Positions 1 to 10,300 of a DNA stretch of 64,000 nucleotides are shown piece by piece. Numbering within the stretch: the first letter of the stretch is position 1; each line of letters begins with the position of its first letter. The notes below the pieces were generated by a model that saw only the letters and a list, made by a program, of their open reading frames with translations, did no database searches and was not told the origin of the DNA. Position numbers and translations under genes: made by a program. The stretch spans positions 1-64,000 of the forward strand of contig CAXXYE010000002.1 in the NCBI GenBank assembly GCA_963674865.2, given 5' to 3'. The stretch is from Candidatus Hydrogenedentota bacterium (GTDB taxonomy: Bacteria > Hydrogenedentota > Hydrogenedentia > Hydrogenedentales > SLHB01).

Positions 1-592
1 CTGACAAGCGTCAGGCCGCATGTCGGCGCCACTAACCCCAGCCGCGATGAGCGAGCTTCCCCGCTGGCCGTCAACGGCCGTCCGCCCTGCGCCACGACCT
101 CAGCCGGGCCCCTCCCTCCGGCGCGCCGCGTCTCCGCGTACAACTGCAGTGCGAGCATCCCTGCTATAGCTGATACGAGGAACAGCAGCAACACCCACGC
201 GACCACCGGATCTGGATTCCGAGCGCATGCCGCCAACAGCATGAAGAACGCCATCAGAAAAATGTAGTGATAGTGCCGCTCCTCCTTGCGATGAAGCAGT
301 AGGGCGCCACTGAATGTAGATCACGGAGTATCACGACCGTGTCGTATAGGCCGACCACAACGAACGACACCGGCAGCACGAACAGGAACAACACGTCGAG
401 AGCGGTTGTGAGCCGACGATAGGCGCTGTAGCTGGCATCCAGCCGCTCGCCCATACGTACGAGCGGCAAGACGAGCAGCGGTATTACCAGCATCAGCCCA
501 TTATAGAGAGGCGTCGCCGCCAACGCGGCGTAGCCCGCCGCCACGAGGCCGGCCGTCGCCAGGCGCAGTGCGCTCTCCGCCCGGCTACGCAC
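1..592 (-). pseudogene. N-terminal membrane part of a DUF3488/transglutaminase-like protein; frameshifted and truncated by the window edge
   Basis: GGAGG then GTG at 592 (MRSRAESALRLATAGLV...). Hydrophobic helices continue in other frames (VIYIQ; LLHRKEERHYHYIFLMAFFMLLAACA). Third gene after MoxR-DUF58, the usual position of DUF3488-transglutaminase genes. At least 2 frameshifts at about 300-330. Confidence 0.55.
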
Positions 593-1659
593 GTACAACC
601 TCCTCCGGATCGATGACCCGGCCCCGTCCCACACCCGAAGGGGCGCCCCAGCGCGCCGGATCGGGCGACACAAACATTACGGCCGCGTGTTCCGTCTCGC
701 CCGGCGGCGGCCAGGTGAAGCCGCCCGGCCCCGGCGCCGAGATCTCGAGCCGGGCAAGCATATCAAGCACGTTCATCGCGTGCGGCTGGCCCCTCGCCGA
801 ATGATACCCATGTCGACGACGTCACCACGGCCACCTTGTACTGCCGGTTGACCAGCGTCACCGCAAGCGAGGCGATCAAATCTACCGCTTCCTCGAAGCG
901 ATCCTCAAAGTCGGCCATGTGCGTGCATCGCTGCGACTCCAGGGCAAGTATCACGTAACGCGAGCGGTCGAGTTCCCACTCCTTCACCAGCAGGGTGCCC
1001 AGGCGTGCGCTCGCCCGCCAGGCAATATGCCGGATATCATCGCCGATGGCGTACTCACGCAACGAGAAGAACTCATCCCCCTCGCCCCGTGACGACCGGG
1101 CCGCAGGCATGCCCGCGCCCAACTGCTCCAATCGGCCGGTGCGAAGCGCCGATACCCGCGGATACACCACAATCTCCGCCCGCGTCTCGAAGCGGCGCCG
1201 GCTTTCGATAAGGCCGAAGGGAAACGCCGTCACCAGATCAATATCCGGAAGGCGGTGAACGCCCCGCTTGTCGAACACCTCTTTCAGCTGGAACATCACC
1301 GTCCCGCGCTGGGGGATCTTCACCGCGTAGCCCGCGGACGCCCCCGGATGCGCGGCCGACTCCACCCGCACCGAGACCGCGGGCAAGAACCGGCTCGCGT
1401 TCGTCACCCGGAGGGGGATCACAAGCTCCTCGCCCCGGTGGACGGCCTCCGGAGCTTCCCGCGTCACATCAAGCCGCCGTAATGCCCAGCCGCAAAGCCC
1501 CCACGACATCACGAGGAAGCTCATGAAGCCCCCGGTGATGATGTAGAGCATGTTATCCGCCGTATTCCAGGAGGCCAGTAGAGCCAGCAGGGTGAACGCC
1601 ATGAAATAGAGCCCCGTCCTGCGAATGCGCTTCGTGCTGTCCGTTTGGCGTCGCTTCAT
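585..1659 (-). CDS. DUF58 domain protein (apparent 1-nt frameshift near 785; 585..776 encodes the C-terminus)
   Basis: Motifs FPFGL, VYP and EFFSLREYAIGDDIRHIAWRASAR. Removing one base near 785 gives GEGPAHAMNVLDMLARLE, a typical DUF58 ending. Lies downstream of MoxR. Confidence 0.85.
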
Positions 1660-1665
1660 GGCTTA

Positions 1666-2613
1666 TTACTTCGGAACGGCCACCCGCTCCACGATGTTCT
1701 CGATGGTGCGCGCCCGCTCATGGGCCGCGGCCACCAAGTCCCGGCCCCGCGACTTCACAATGAGGCGATGCGCTAAGACGCTCACCGCCATCGCCTTGAC
1801 GTCCCCCGGCGTGACGTAGTCCCGGCCCTGGATCAGCGCGTGAGCCTGCGAGGCCGCGTACAATTCGACGGAGCCCCGGGGGCTGGCGCCCAGTTGCACG
1901 TAGTCATGCTCGCGCGTGCCCTGCACGATGTCCATGATGTACTGTGCCACGCTCTCATCCACTTTGACCCGCTGCGATTCGTCCTGTAGCGCAAGCACGT
2001 CTTCTGCGCTCAACGCCGGCTTGAGGTTCTCCAGCGCCTTGAGCGGATTGCGACGCCGCATAATCCGCAGCTCGGCGCCCTCCGGCGGGTAGCCGATTTC
2101 AATCCGCATCATGAACCGATCAAGCTCCGACTCCGGCAGCGTGTACGTTCCCTCGTACTCGATCGGATTCTGCGTCGCAAGCACCATGAAGGGCTGCGGC
2201 ACCGCATACACCCCGCCGTCCATCGAGACCCGGTACTCGCTCATCACCTCCATCAACGCGCTCTGCGTCTTCGGCGGCGTACGGTTAATCTCGTCCGCCA
2301 GAATGATGCTCGCGAAGATCGGGCCTCGCCGGAACTCGAAATCGCCGGTTTTCGGACTCAGAATCGACACGCCAAGAATGTCCGCCGGCAGCATGTCGCT
2401 CGTGAACTGGATCCGGTGAAACGAACAGTCGATGGAACGCGCAAGTCCTTGTGCCAGCGTCGTTTTGCCGATCCCAGGTATATCCTCGATGAGGATATGG
2501 CCTCGCGCGAGCAGGCCCGTCACGCACAGCTCGACCACCTCGCGCTTGCCGAAGATCACCTGCTCGATATTGTCAATTAGACGCTCAATACGATCTTTCG
2601 AACTCATTTCCAT
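1666..2613 (-). CDS. moxR: MoxR-family AAA+ ATPase
   Basis: HILIEDIPGIGKT, RIQFTSDMLPAD, LADEINRTPPKTQSAL, ATQNPIEYEGTY, GASPRGS. Confidence 0.95.
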   Translation of the reverse strand: MEMSSKDRIERLIDNIEQVIFGKREVVELCVTGLLARGHILIEDIPGIGKTTLAQGLARSIDCSFHRIQFTSDMLPADILGVSILSPKTGDFEFRRGPIFASIILADEINRTPPKTQSALMEVMSEYRVSMDGGVYAVPQPFMVLATQNPIEYEGTYTLPESELDRFMMRIEIGYPPEGAELRIMRRRNPLKALENLKPALSAEDVLALQDESQRVKVDESVAQYIMDIVQGTREHDYVQLGASPRGSVELYAASQAHALIQGRDYVTPGDVKAMAVSVLAHRLIVKSRGRDLVAAAHERARTIENIVERVAVPK

Positions 2614-2903
2614 TGAAGAAACCCCACTGCCCTGTTTTGGTTCCGGGCACAGCTATACACCGCTTCCCTCCTCAGAGACATTAACACACGCCGATACGGA
2701 ACCATTTCACGTGCCGACGCCGGATCCCCGTACCCTCGAAAGCATCCCCTCGTACGCCGGTCGCCCAAAACGGATGTGGGGAGAGCGAAAGCCAAGCCCA
2801 TCGGCAACGGATGGGGCCTATGCCCGGGTACTCCATCTGCTCACCCGTCTCCCGGCTACCGTTTAGCGAGCCGGCAATCGCGAAAACCGGCAGTGCTGCG
2901 GGC

Positions 2904-3869
2904 CTAAAGCCAACGCTCGAACCACTCGTCCGCCTTTTCCAGGGCCTCCTGCGGCACGCAGTGGCCCGCGTCGTGGACGTAGTCCTCCAGCGCTTCCCCC
3001 GCGCCCAGAAGTTTATACACGTTCCGTGCCTGCCGCGCCGCCTTGCCGCAGCTCCGCGTGTTCGAAAAGACCGTGTCATTCGTCGCCGTCAACAGCAGCG
3101 TCGCACTCGGCGCCCCCAGCGCAAGAACGTGCTCCCAGTCAAAAGGGAACTCCCCTGTCTTCACCGCCTCGCGTAGTTTCGGCAGGTAGACAAAGCCGTT
3201 GTCTCGTACCCACCGCGTCGGCTCCTTATCGTCCGCGAACCGTGTGAACCCACAGCTTGATACGCACGCCTGTATCCGCTCGTCGAACGCCGAAAGAAGC
3301 AGCGCATTGTGCCCGCCCAGGCTGTGCCCGATGACGCCCACCCGTCCCGGATCGACCCGGCGCGTTTCGCAGAGCACGTCGATAGCGAGCGTGTGATCCC
3401 ACAGCATCTTGCCCAATGCCGACATCTTCGGGCGCTCTTTGTAGAAGCTCTTCGTGTCGTAAGGCTTGAGGTTGACGGATATCCGATCGCCCGCCGTGAT
3501 GCAGTCCGGCGCAAGCGTAGCGTAACCACGCTCGGCGTAGCGTTGCGCGAAAGCCAGGGCCGGGTCGCCCTCCAGTCCGGCCGGCTCATCCTTGCCCTGC
3601 GGCGTCGTCTGGTGGCAGCACAGCACGCCCGGCACCTCATCCTTGCCCTCGGGAACGAACAGCCACGCCGTCACCCGCTCCCATTCCTCGACGAAGTAGT
3701 TCACCCGTTTGCGCACGTACGTTGGATACGACGTCTCGTCAATCACCTTCAATTGCAGCACCGGCCGCTGCTTGGGCATCGCGCCCAATACCTCGCGCAC
3801 CGTTGCCGTAATCTCTTCGCGCAACTCACGCCACTGGGTGAGGTCCTTCACCTTGGCAAGGTCTACCAT
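2904..3869 (-). CDS. Alpha/beta hydrolase (dienelactone hydrolase/acetyl xylan esterase-like)
   Basis: GHSLGG nucleophile elbow, C-terminal D and GH catalytic residues. Confidence 0.8.
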   Translation of the reverse strand: MVDLAKVKDLTQWRELREEITATVREVLGAMPKQRPVLQLKVIDETSYPTYVRKRVNYFVEEWERVTAWLFVPEGKDEVPGVLCCHQTTPQGKDEPAGLEGDPALAFAQRYAERGYATLAPDCITAGDRISVNLKPYDTKSFYKERPKMSALGKMLWDHTLAIDVLCETRRVDPGRVGVIGHSLGGHNALLLSAFDERIQACVSSCGFTRFADDKEPTRWVRDNGFVYLPKLREAVKTGEFPFDWEHVLALGAPSATLLLTATNDTVFSNTRSCGKAARQARNVYKLLGAGEALEDYVHDAGHCVPQEALEKADEWFERWL

Positions 3870-4348
3870 CGCGTCCTTATCTCCCAGCCTCGTGGTTCCA
3901 TGCTATCAACTCCACAACCTGCAGACAATGATCTCTTCTGCATGGTAAAGGCCACTCTGAAAGAGTTCAACTCCATCTTGAGTGGACTGTCCGTTGCGCC
4001 GCGTTGCGAGTCACTGGAACTCAGCGCTCAATAAGAAACTCCGGGGAGGACGCGATGACGTACTCCTCGGCACCCGCCATCATGCCGGGCTGCGGGAAAC
4101 TGTAAAGGCTACCAGAGTACGTAAAATATCATACTGTATATGCCATGGCTCGCGGGCTGCTCTCGGGAGATCGCTCGCGCCATGATCGCACATTTGCGCC
4201 ATGGCTTCATGCGAGATCTGGCCGCCATCAAATTCGACGCCCGGCACAAGCCGGTGGGGGCTTCGACGTCCGGATCCCGACCGGATTGTGAATTGTGCTA
4301 TTATGTCCGCCTGCCCGGATCGTGGGTTTTCAAAGGGATCAAAACGCC

Positions 4349-4999
4349 ATGTTTTTCGACGGAAAACGGCCCAAAACGGCCCAAAATCGCATCATTTCGC
4401 GCCGTTTTTGGCCTTACTATTTCGTATTGCTAGTAGTATGTACTGTATTTACAGGCAATGCGCTCACTCAAAAAGACACCGTTGGCCCCGTCCATTTCAG
4501 TGTCTATGCGCCCGATTGGACGTGGCAGAAACGGGATATCAACATCCTCGTCATCCTCGAGAATGCGGCAACTCAGGAAGTCCCTGTTATGATTGAACTT
4601 ATGCTGCCCGAAGGCAAGGAAGACCACTTCCAGGTCGCGGGCCGGGGGGAGGACACCCGGCCCCTTCCCCTGGAGGTCGTTGTTCCCGCGCAAACCACGG
4701 TACGTCAAGCATTTCCGACGATCACCGCCCTGGCCGGTGTCCCTCGTCAGACCTACGATTTCGAGGTCCGCGTCGCCGTAGGGGACCGAGAGGCCCGTGT
4801 CGGCTACCCCATGACGACGATTCGAGGCGCGGTCGTAAGTCCAGGTAAATGGGCTCTTTACCTGCCCGCGGGACTGGCCTTGGCCTGGTGCATTGTCTTC
4901 GCCGTTGTCATGCGCCGCCTTTCCCGGCCCGGCGCCTGGCGCGTCGCCAGTCCGCCTATCGCCGAACCCGCCCAGAGGGAGCCATGGATCGACCAGTGA
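4349..4999 (+). CDS. Hypothetical membrane protein (N-terminal signal/TM, beta-rich domain, C-terminal TM)
   Basis: Long ORF with two hydrophobic segments, overlapping the start of the downstream transporter; start uncertain. Confidence 0.65.
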   Translation: MFFDGKRPKTAQNRIISRRFWPYYFVLLVVCTVFTGNALTQKDTVGPVHFSVYAPDWTWQKRDINILVILENAATQEVPVMIELMLPEGKEDHFQVAGRGEDTRPLPLEVVVPAQTTVRQAFPTITALAGVPRQTYDFEVRVAVGDREARVGYPMTTIRGAVVSPGKWALYLPAGLALAWCIVFAVVMRRLSRPGAWRVASPPIAEPAQREPWIDQ

Positions 5000-6282
5000 A
5001 CGATACCCAGTCAACGCCTCGCCCATGGAGCCTTAAGCCTACGTTACGCCTTGGCTTACGTGGTCTACTCATGGTCGGAACCGGCTCGCTCATCGCCTCC
5101 TTCTACATCGGTACCGGCGACGTCACCATCGGCACCAACATGGGCGCGAAGTTCGGCTTCAGCCTCTGGTGGACGTACTTCGTCCTAGGCATCGCCGGTT
5201 GGGCCCTGATCGACATGTCCGTCCGCTATTTCCTTCAATTCGGCAAGACCCCGATGTCGATGTTCAAGGATGTTCATTCCGTCTTCTCGGTGTACATGTT
5301 CCTCGCCGTTGTCGTGTGCGCCACGTTCGGCTCGTACAACCAGTGGAGCGCGTGCGCCATGGTGATCACGGGATTCTTCCCGGCGGTGCCGCTGGAGGTG
5401 GGGGGGGCGTTGGCGGCGCTGTGCGGGCTGCTATTCTTGGTGTTTGGCGCGTACCGCCGGCTCGAACGCGCCTTTGTGTTCGGGCTTGTCGCGTTGATTG
5501 TCTGCTTTTTCGGCTCGGCGCTGATGGCGGGGATCGATTGGGGGGAAGCGGCGCGCGGGCTCATTCCGAATGCGCCGGGGAAGGGCTGGGCGTCGCTGTT
5601 CATGTCGAACGCGGGCAGCATGATCAACGCGTGGCTGATCCTCATTTACCCGTACACGATGATTGAGCGCGGGTGGTTCACGAAGCGGCTCCAGGGCAAG
5701 GTGAATATCCTTCATCGTGCGCGGGTGGATTATGGGTGGGGCATCCTGGCCGCGGGCGTGGTGGCGCTGCCGTTGATGGCGGCCGCGTCGGCGGTATTGC
5801 GACCGTTTGGGATTGTGCCGCGGCACTACATGGATCTGTCCGTGCTGCTTGAGCCGTTGGCAGGGACGTGGAGCACGTACTTGTTCTTGGCGGGACTGTT
5901 CCTTGCGGCATGGACGGCGGGCGTAGGATGGTGGCTCTGCGGGTGTTACGCGCTGTTGGATCTCTTCAATCTCCCTATCAAACTCGACTCGAAACCGATG
6001 CGCGTGTGTCTAATCCTCTTCTTCATTCCGTCGACGCTGCTTTTGTTGCTGCGGATCAATCCGACGTACCAGATGCTTATCTTCGCGGCGTTCCTGGCGG
6101 TGGTGTTCCCGGTGATTGGCCTGGTGATGCTCTACCGGGTGACGCGCGCGGACATGGGCTATTTCCGGTGGTCCGTGAAGAGCCTAACGGGTGTGGCGAT
6201 TGTTGCCGTGGATGTATTCGCCATCGGGTTGAGCGTTTACATCGGGTGGGTGCGGATCGGGGCGCTGTTCGTGGCGCGTTAA
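4984..6282 (+). CDS. Nramp-related (APC-fold) transporter
   Basis: About 11 TM helices. IASFYIGTGDVTIGTNMGAKFGFSLWW resembles Nramp-like TM1-2 but lacks the canonical DPGN. GAGGGAG RBS before ATG 4984. Confidence 0.75.
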   Translation: MDRPVNDTQSTPRPWSLKPTLRLGLRGLLMVGTGSLIASFYIGTGDVTIGTNMGAKFGFSLWWTYFVLGIAGWALIDMSVRYFLQFGKTPMSMFKDVHSVFSVYMFLAVVVCATFGSYNQWSACAMVITGFFPAVPLEVGGALAALCGLLFLVFGAYRRLERAFVFGLVALIVCFFGSALMAGIDWGEAARGLIPNAPGKGWASLFMSNAGSMINAWLILIYPYTMIERGWFTKRLQGKVNILHRARVDYGWGILAAGVVALPLMAAASAVLRPFGIVPRHYMDLSVLLEPLAGTWSTYLFLAGLFLAAWTAGVGWWLCGCYALLDLFNLPIKLDSKPMRVCLILFFIPSTLLLLLRINPTYQMLIFAAFLAVVFPVIGLVMLYRVTRADMGYFRWSVKSLTGVAIVAVDVFAIGLSVYIGWVRIGALFVAR

Positions 6283-6283
6283 C

Positions 6284-6460
6284 GGCCACGGATGCACGCA
6301 GATGGGGATTGGTGAGTGGTTCTCCTTTTTTCTGGACAGGATGAACAGGATTAAGAGTATGGACGGGGGAGTTCCGCGGGCTCTGCGGCTAAGGATTGCA
6401 AGATTGTGAACGCGGAGGCGCGGAGATCGCGGAGGTGCGCAGAGGGGGAGCGATCATAGG
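6284..6460 (+). repeat. ~180 bp composite intergenic repeat, copy 1 of 3 (others ~9957-10140 on + and ~32545-32735 on -)
   Basis: Shared blocks such as gcagatgg..att, caggatt..., gacgggggagt, gcggctaaggattg and ggagatcgcggagg...gagggggagcgat. Confidence 0.85.
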
Positions 6461-7020
6461 ACGGCCGCGGCGAATTATTCGGGACGCCATGGGAGGGTCA
6501 CGCTCCCGCGCGGCCGCGGACGCGGAGGAGCACGTCGCTCCCTGTGAATAGCCCGTCATGGCGGGCGGAAGCGTTTAGCCCCGGGCGTCAGCCCGCGGTA
6601 GAAGCTCGCATCTCCAACACCCAGCCCCGTCAGGGGCGGCATAACCCTCCCCGCGCCACGGACGCACCACGCCCCATCCGGCCAGTCAAATCCATCACCG
6701 GAGACGCGTTTGGACTCCAAGCTTCAGCTTGAAAACGCGCAAGCCTCGTACAATCTCCATAGACACGCCCATGCGGACTCGAGCCTGAAGGAACGCGATA
6801 CCGAAGCAGGCAAGATGCCTGCGCCACAACCGGAACGGTGCCCGCGCTATCAAAGGCCGCGTCCCGGCCCTGTAGGGGCCGTGCATACCAGCCCGGCGCA
6901 ACGCGCCGGGAAAGAGTCGCATTACACCGTTCAAGCCCTGGAGGGGCGCGACATGGGAGCCGGCAGGATGCCGGCACCACAACCGGAAGGATGCCTCCGC
7001 TGCGTATCGGACGGGCCTTG

Positions 7021-9447
7021 TCACGTGCGATGATTCATATAGGCCGATATTATCCACCGTCTATGCGCGAGGAGGATCAGGGCCAGGGGCATGAGGGCCA
7101 GGCATAGGACATCGGCGGACGCGGAAGCACGAGGGGCGGTCTGCAGCATCCCGGCGGCTCCGGCGCAGCCGTAGGGGAGCGGGCAAGCACGCTCGAATAC
7201 GGCCGTGACGGCGGCATCGTCGGTAATGGTGAAGTCTGCCGGATTGGCTGAACCTGTCAGGTCGCCCTCCCAGTGATCGAATAACCAGCCTGCGGCCGCC
7301 GTGGCTTCGAGGGTGACGACATCATTCTCGGTGTAGGTGTATTCGCCGGGGGCCGGATCCACGTCTCCCTGCCCTTGGACGGAGACGGTGAGGGCGAACG
7401 TGGGAATCTCGATGAACACGGCCGTGACGGTGCTGTTATTGGTGATGGTGAGGGCGGCGGGATTGGTTGAGCCTGTCAGAGCGCCTTCCCAGTGATCGAA
7501 TAACCAGCCGTCGGCGGGCGTGGCTTCGAGGGTGACGAGGTCGCCCTGCGTGTAGGTGTGGTAGCCCACGGGCTGCGTCACATCTCCCAGCCCATGGGCG
7601 GCCACCGTCAGCGTGAAGGCGGGGATCTCGGTGAACACGGCCGTAACGGCAGCGTCGGCGGTGATGGTGAGTTCAGTGGGGTTAGCGGAGCCCGTCAAGG
7701 CGCCTTCCCAATGATCGAACAACCAGCCTTCGGCGGGGGTGGCTTCGAGGGTGACGACATCGCCTTGCGTGCAGGTGTGGTAGCCGAGGGGCGGCACCAC
7801 GTCCCCCTGGCCCACCATGGCCACAGTGAGGGTGAACGTGGGGATCTCGGTGAAGACGGCCGTCACGGTAGCGTCGGCGGTGATGGTGAGGTCGGCAGGA
7901 TTGGTTGAGCCTGTCAGGGCGCCTTCCCAGTGCTCGAACAGCCAGCCGTCGGCAGGGGTGGCTTCGAGGGTGACGACATCGTTCTCGGTGTAGGTGTGTT
8001 CGCCGGAAGCCGGATCCACGTTGCCCTGTCCTTCTACGGCAATCGTCAGCGTGAAGACCGGCGGGCCGTCGTATTCGTAGGCGCCCATGTCGAAGCCGTC
8101 GCCCTGAGGCCGGGCGATGCCGTCGAGATCAACATCGGGGGCGTCTTCGTCCGTTCCCGTGTCGACGGCGGGCGAGGCGGTTCTGAGGTGGAAATCGCCA
8201 CTGGCCTCGTCTACGAACAGGGGCGGGGTGGAGAGATTGCCCTCGCCTGTGTGCCCGCCCTCCACCAGGGAGTACGTCACCGAACCGGTGGAGGAGCCGG
8301 ACAAGTCGATCTCGTCGGGCGTGTCGTTCCAGAAGATGCAATTGCGCACGTCATATTCCACCTCATCCAGCCGCAATGCCCCGGCCGTGTGGGTCGCCGT
8401 ATTGCCGTAGAACGTACAGTTCGTGAGGTATACGGATGTCGACCAGGCAGGTCCTTCGCTCTGGTATATGCCCGAAGCGTGGATGGCCGCCCCGTGGCCT
8501 GCGGTGTTGGTGTCGAAAACGCAGTTCTCGAAGGACAAGTGCATGCCAGCCCAGTACAGGTATGCTACGCCGCCCGTGCCCCCGCGTTCGTCGATACTGC
8601 TCCACGCACGGTTCTTTCGGAAAATGCAACGAGAGAAACTGCCATGCCCGCCATAGGAGGATATGACCCCCCCTAGTGTTCCCTGGTTTGCCTCAAATGT
8701 GCAGTCCGTTATCGTGACAGAGCTGGGATTGCCCAGGTGGATGGCACCTCCCCTTATCTCAGCCACGTTCTTGTCAAACTCACATCCGTGAAAGCTTGAG
8801 AGGCCTGAGCAAGTGATAGCTCCACCTCTTTGAGCTGAGTTCTCAGTGAAGCGGCAATTGGATACCGTGGTTGCTCCCCCCAGACATGCGATGGCACCAC
8901 CGGACTCAGCACAGTTATTCGTGAAGGTGCAGTTCCGAATCTCTGGGGAGGTGTCAGCGCTGAGGAGGCCTCCACCCAGTTCTACGCTAGGGTCCTCCGC
9001 GTTACCTCCCGCGATGGCAAGCCCGTCCAAAACCGCATCGTCAGCGCCAACGACCACATGGCGAGCGGGCTCTCCGGAACGCGCCATCGTCCCGTCAATG
9101 ATAGTTGGGTGGGCTTCCCAGTCCCGCTGCTCGCGGCTGTCCTCAGAACCAGCGAATCCACCGTAGATGGCCACGCCCTCTTTCATCACGAGCGAGCCGG
9201 TATCTATGGGTGGATCGTATAGAAGGGAGGTCCTCTGCTCGTTGTAGAGTCCCTCGACCACCCACACTTCGCCCCCGCCGTCGTCATAGGCAGCGTCGAT
9301 GGCAGGTTGTATGGTAGTGAATGCGGTTGCCCAGGATGTGCCATCTTCCGTGCCTGAAGCGTTGTCTTTGTCGACGTACCAGACTGCGGCAGAGGCCGTC
9401 GGCCCTAAGAACAGCGTCGCTACAGAAACCAAAGCCCACCATCTCAT
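7021..9447 (-). CDS. Secreted surface protein: signal peptide, right-handed beta-helix (GGA(I)/FxxN repeats), choice-of-anchor-Q-like segment, four 73-aa InlB-B-like repeats, C-terminal TM anchor
   Basis: YVDKDN...GTSWATAF start, FxxN..GGAI repeats, DFHLRTASPAVDTG...DMGAYE, repeated VTLEATPADGWLFDHWEG, hydrophobic tail followed by RR. Confidence 0.9.
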   Translation of the reverse strand: MRWWALVSVATLFLGPTASAAVWYVDKDNASGTEDGTSWATAFTTIQPAIDAAYDDGGGEVWVVEGLYNEQRTSLLYDPPIDTGSLVMKEGVAIYGGFAGSEDSREQRDWEAHPTIIDGTMARSGEPARHVVVGADDAVLDGLAIAGGNAEDPSVELGGGLLSADTSPEIRNCTFTNNCAESGGAIACLGGATTVSNCRFTENSAQRGGAITCSGLSSFHGCEFDKNVAEIRGGAIHLGNPSSVTITDCTFEANQGTLGGVISSYGGHGSFSRCIFRKNRAWSSIDERGGTGGVAYLYWAGMHLSFENCVFDTNTAGHGAAIHASGIYQSEGPAWSTSVYLTNCTFYGNTATHTAGALRLDEVEYDVRNCIFWNDTPDEIDLSGSSTGSVTYSLVEGGHTGEGNLSTPPLFVDEASGDFHLRTASPAVDTGTDEDAPDVDLDGIARPQGDGFDMGAYEYDGPPVFTLTIAVEGQGNVDPASGEHTYTENDVVTLEATPADGWLFEHWEGALTGSTNPADLTITADATVTAVFTEIPTFTLTVAMVGQGDVVPPLGYHTCTQGDVVTLEATPAEGWLFDHWEGALTGSANPTELTITADAAVTAVFTEIPAFTLTVAAHGLGDVTQPVGYHTYTQGDLVTLEATPADGWLFDHWEGALTGSTNPAALTITNNSTVTAVFIEIPTFALTVSVQGQGDVDPAPGEYTYTENDVVTLEATAAAGWLFDHWEGDLTGSANPADFTITDDAAVTAVFERACPLPYGCAGAAGMLQTAPRASASADVLCLALMPLALILLAHRRWIISAYMNHRT

Positions 9448-9699
9448 GATTCGTACCTCCCCCGGTATCCCGTGCCTCTATGTGAATGCGTTGATTCGCG
9501 TAAACTGGCCCAATAGGCTCATGGTCAGTCCAAGTCAACGGCCATGTCTTCCCGCCGGAACGCCCCGGTTGTCCGCGCGGCCGCGGCAGTGCTTGCCCGT
9601 CGACGGCGGCACACATACGCGAGTATAGGACGGATAGGTGACGTGGTCAATACATACGCGCGCGGCGACGCCGGCAGCGCGACGTGTACGAAGAGCCGT

Positions 9700-9790
9700 A
9701 TGCCGCCCCTGACGGGGCTGTGCGGCGGGGCGGGCGCTTTTCCCACGGCTCACGCCGTGGGCTATAGCATGTCGCCCGCCGCGGCGGGCT
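9700..9790. repeat. REP-like hairpin unit (gcccctgacggggc / cccacggctcacgccgtggg)
   Basis: Palindromes visible directly; the 69 bp at 9700-9768 is absent from the paralogous arm. Confidence 0.8.
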
Positions 9791-10261
9791 ACGGAGCGCA
9801 GGTACCTTCTCACGGCGTAGGAGGGAACGGGCCGTGGCCTCGGCGGGGCTGGGATCACAGTCGCGCTCCTCGTGATGGTTGGTTATGCCTTCTGTGTGTT
9901 TCTGCTTGTTATAGACGCTTGAGCGGCGAGAAAGGGGAAGTGGGAGGGGGGAGTGCAGCCACCGATGGACACCGATAGACGCAGATGGGGATTGATGAAG
10001 GGGGCACTTTTCTATTTTGACGGGATATACAGGATTAGAAGGATTGACGGGGGAGTCCCGCGAGCGTTGCGGCTAAGGATTGGAAGATTTTGAACGCGGA
10101 GGAGCGGAGATCGCGGAGGCACGCGGAGGGGGAGCGATTATGGGAGGCAATGGGCGCCGCGCCCATTTTCTGGGAGGATTGACAAGATGGGATAGGGGAA
10201 TTACGGATTTGAGCTGGCGGATCTCAGACAAGGGAATCGCATACCGGACCGCCAGTGGTAT

Positions 10262-10290
10262 TTGACATCGCCGCGCCCTGATGGCATAGT
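10262..10290 (+). promoter_or_regulatory. Sigma70-type promoter of the gcv operon
   Basis: TTGACA (10262-10267), 17 bp spacer, TG-n-CATAGT (extended -10 at 10285-10290), just upstream of the riboswitch. Confidence 0.75.
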
Positions 10291-10300
10291 GTCTGCCATC

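Larger units (their letters stand above)
6550..10235 (-). repeat. Left arm of a ~3.7 kb inverted duplication (partner 32455..36112)
   Basis: Reverse complement of ~6560-7020 nearly identical to ~35640-36100; ~9375-9700 nearly identical to ~32920-33250; ~9770-10235 similar to ~32455-32920. Confidence 0.95.

Noticed and set aside
4441..4456. LexA box (ctgtatttacag)
   Set aside because: Spacing is CTGT-N4-ACAG rather than N8, and it lies inside a CDS.
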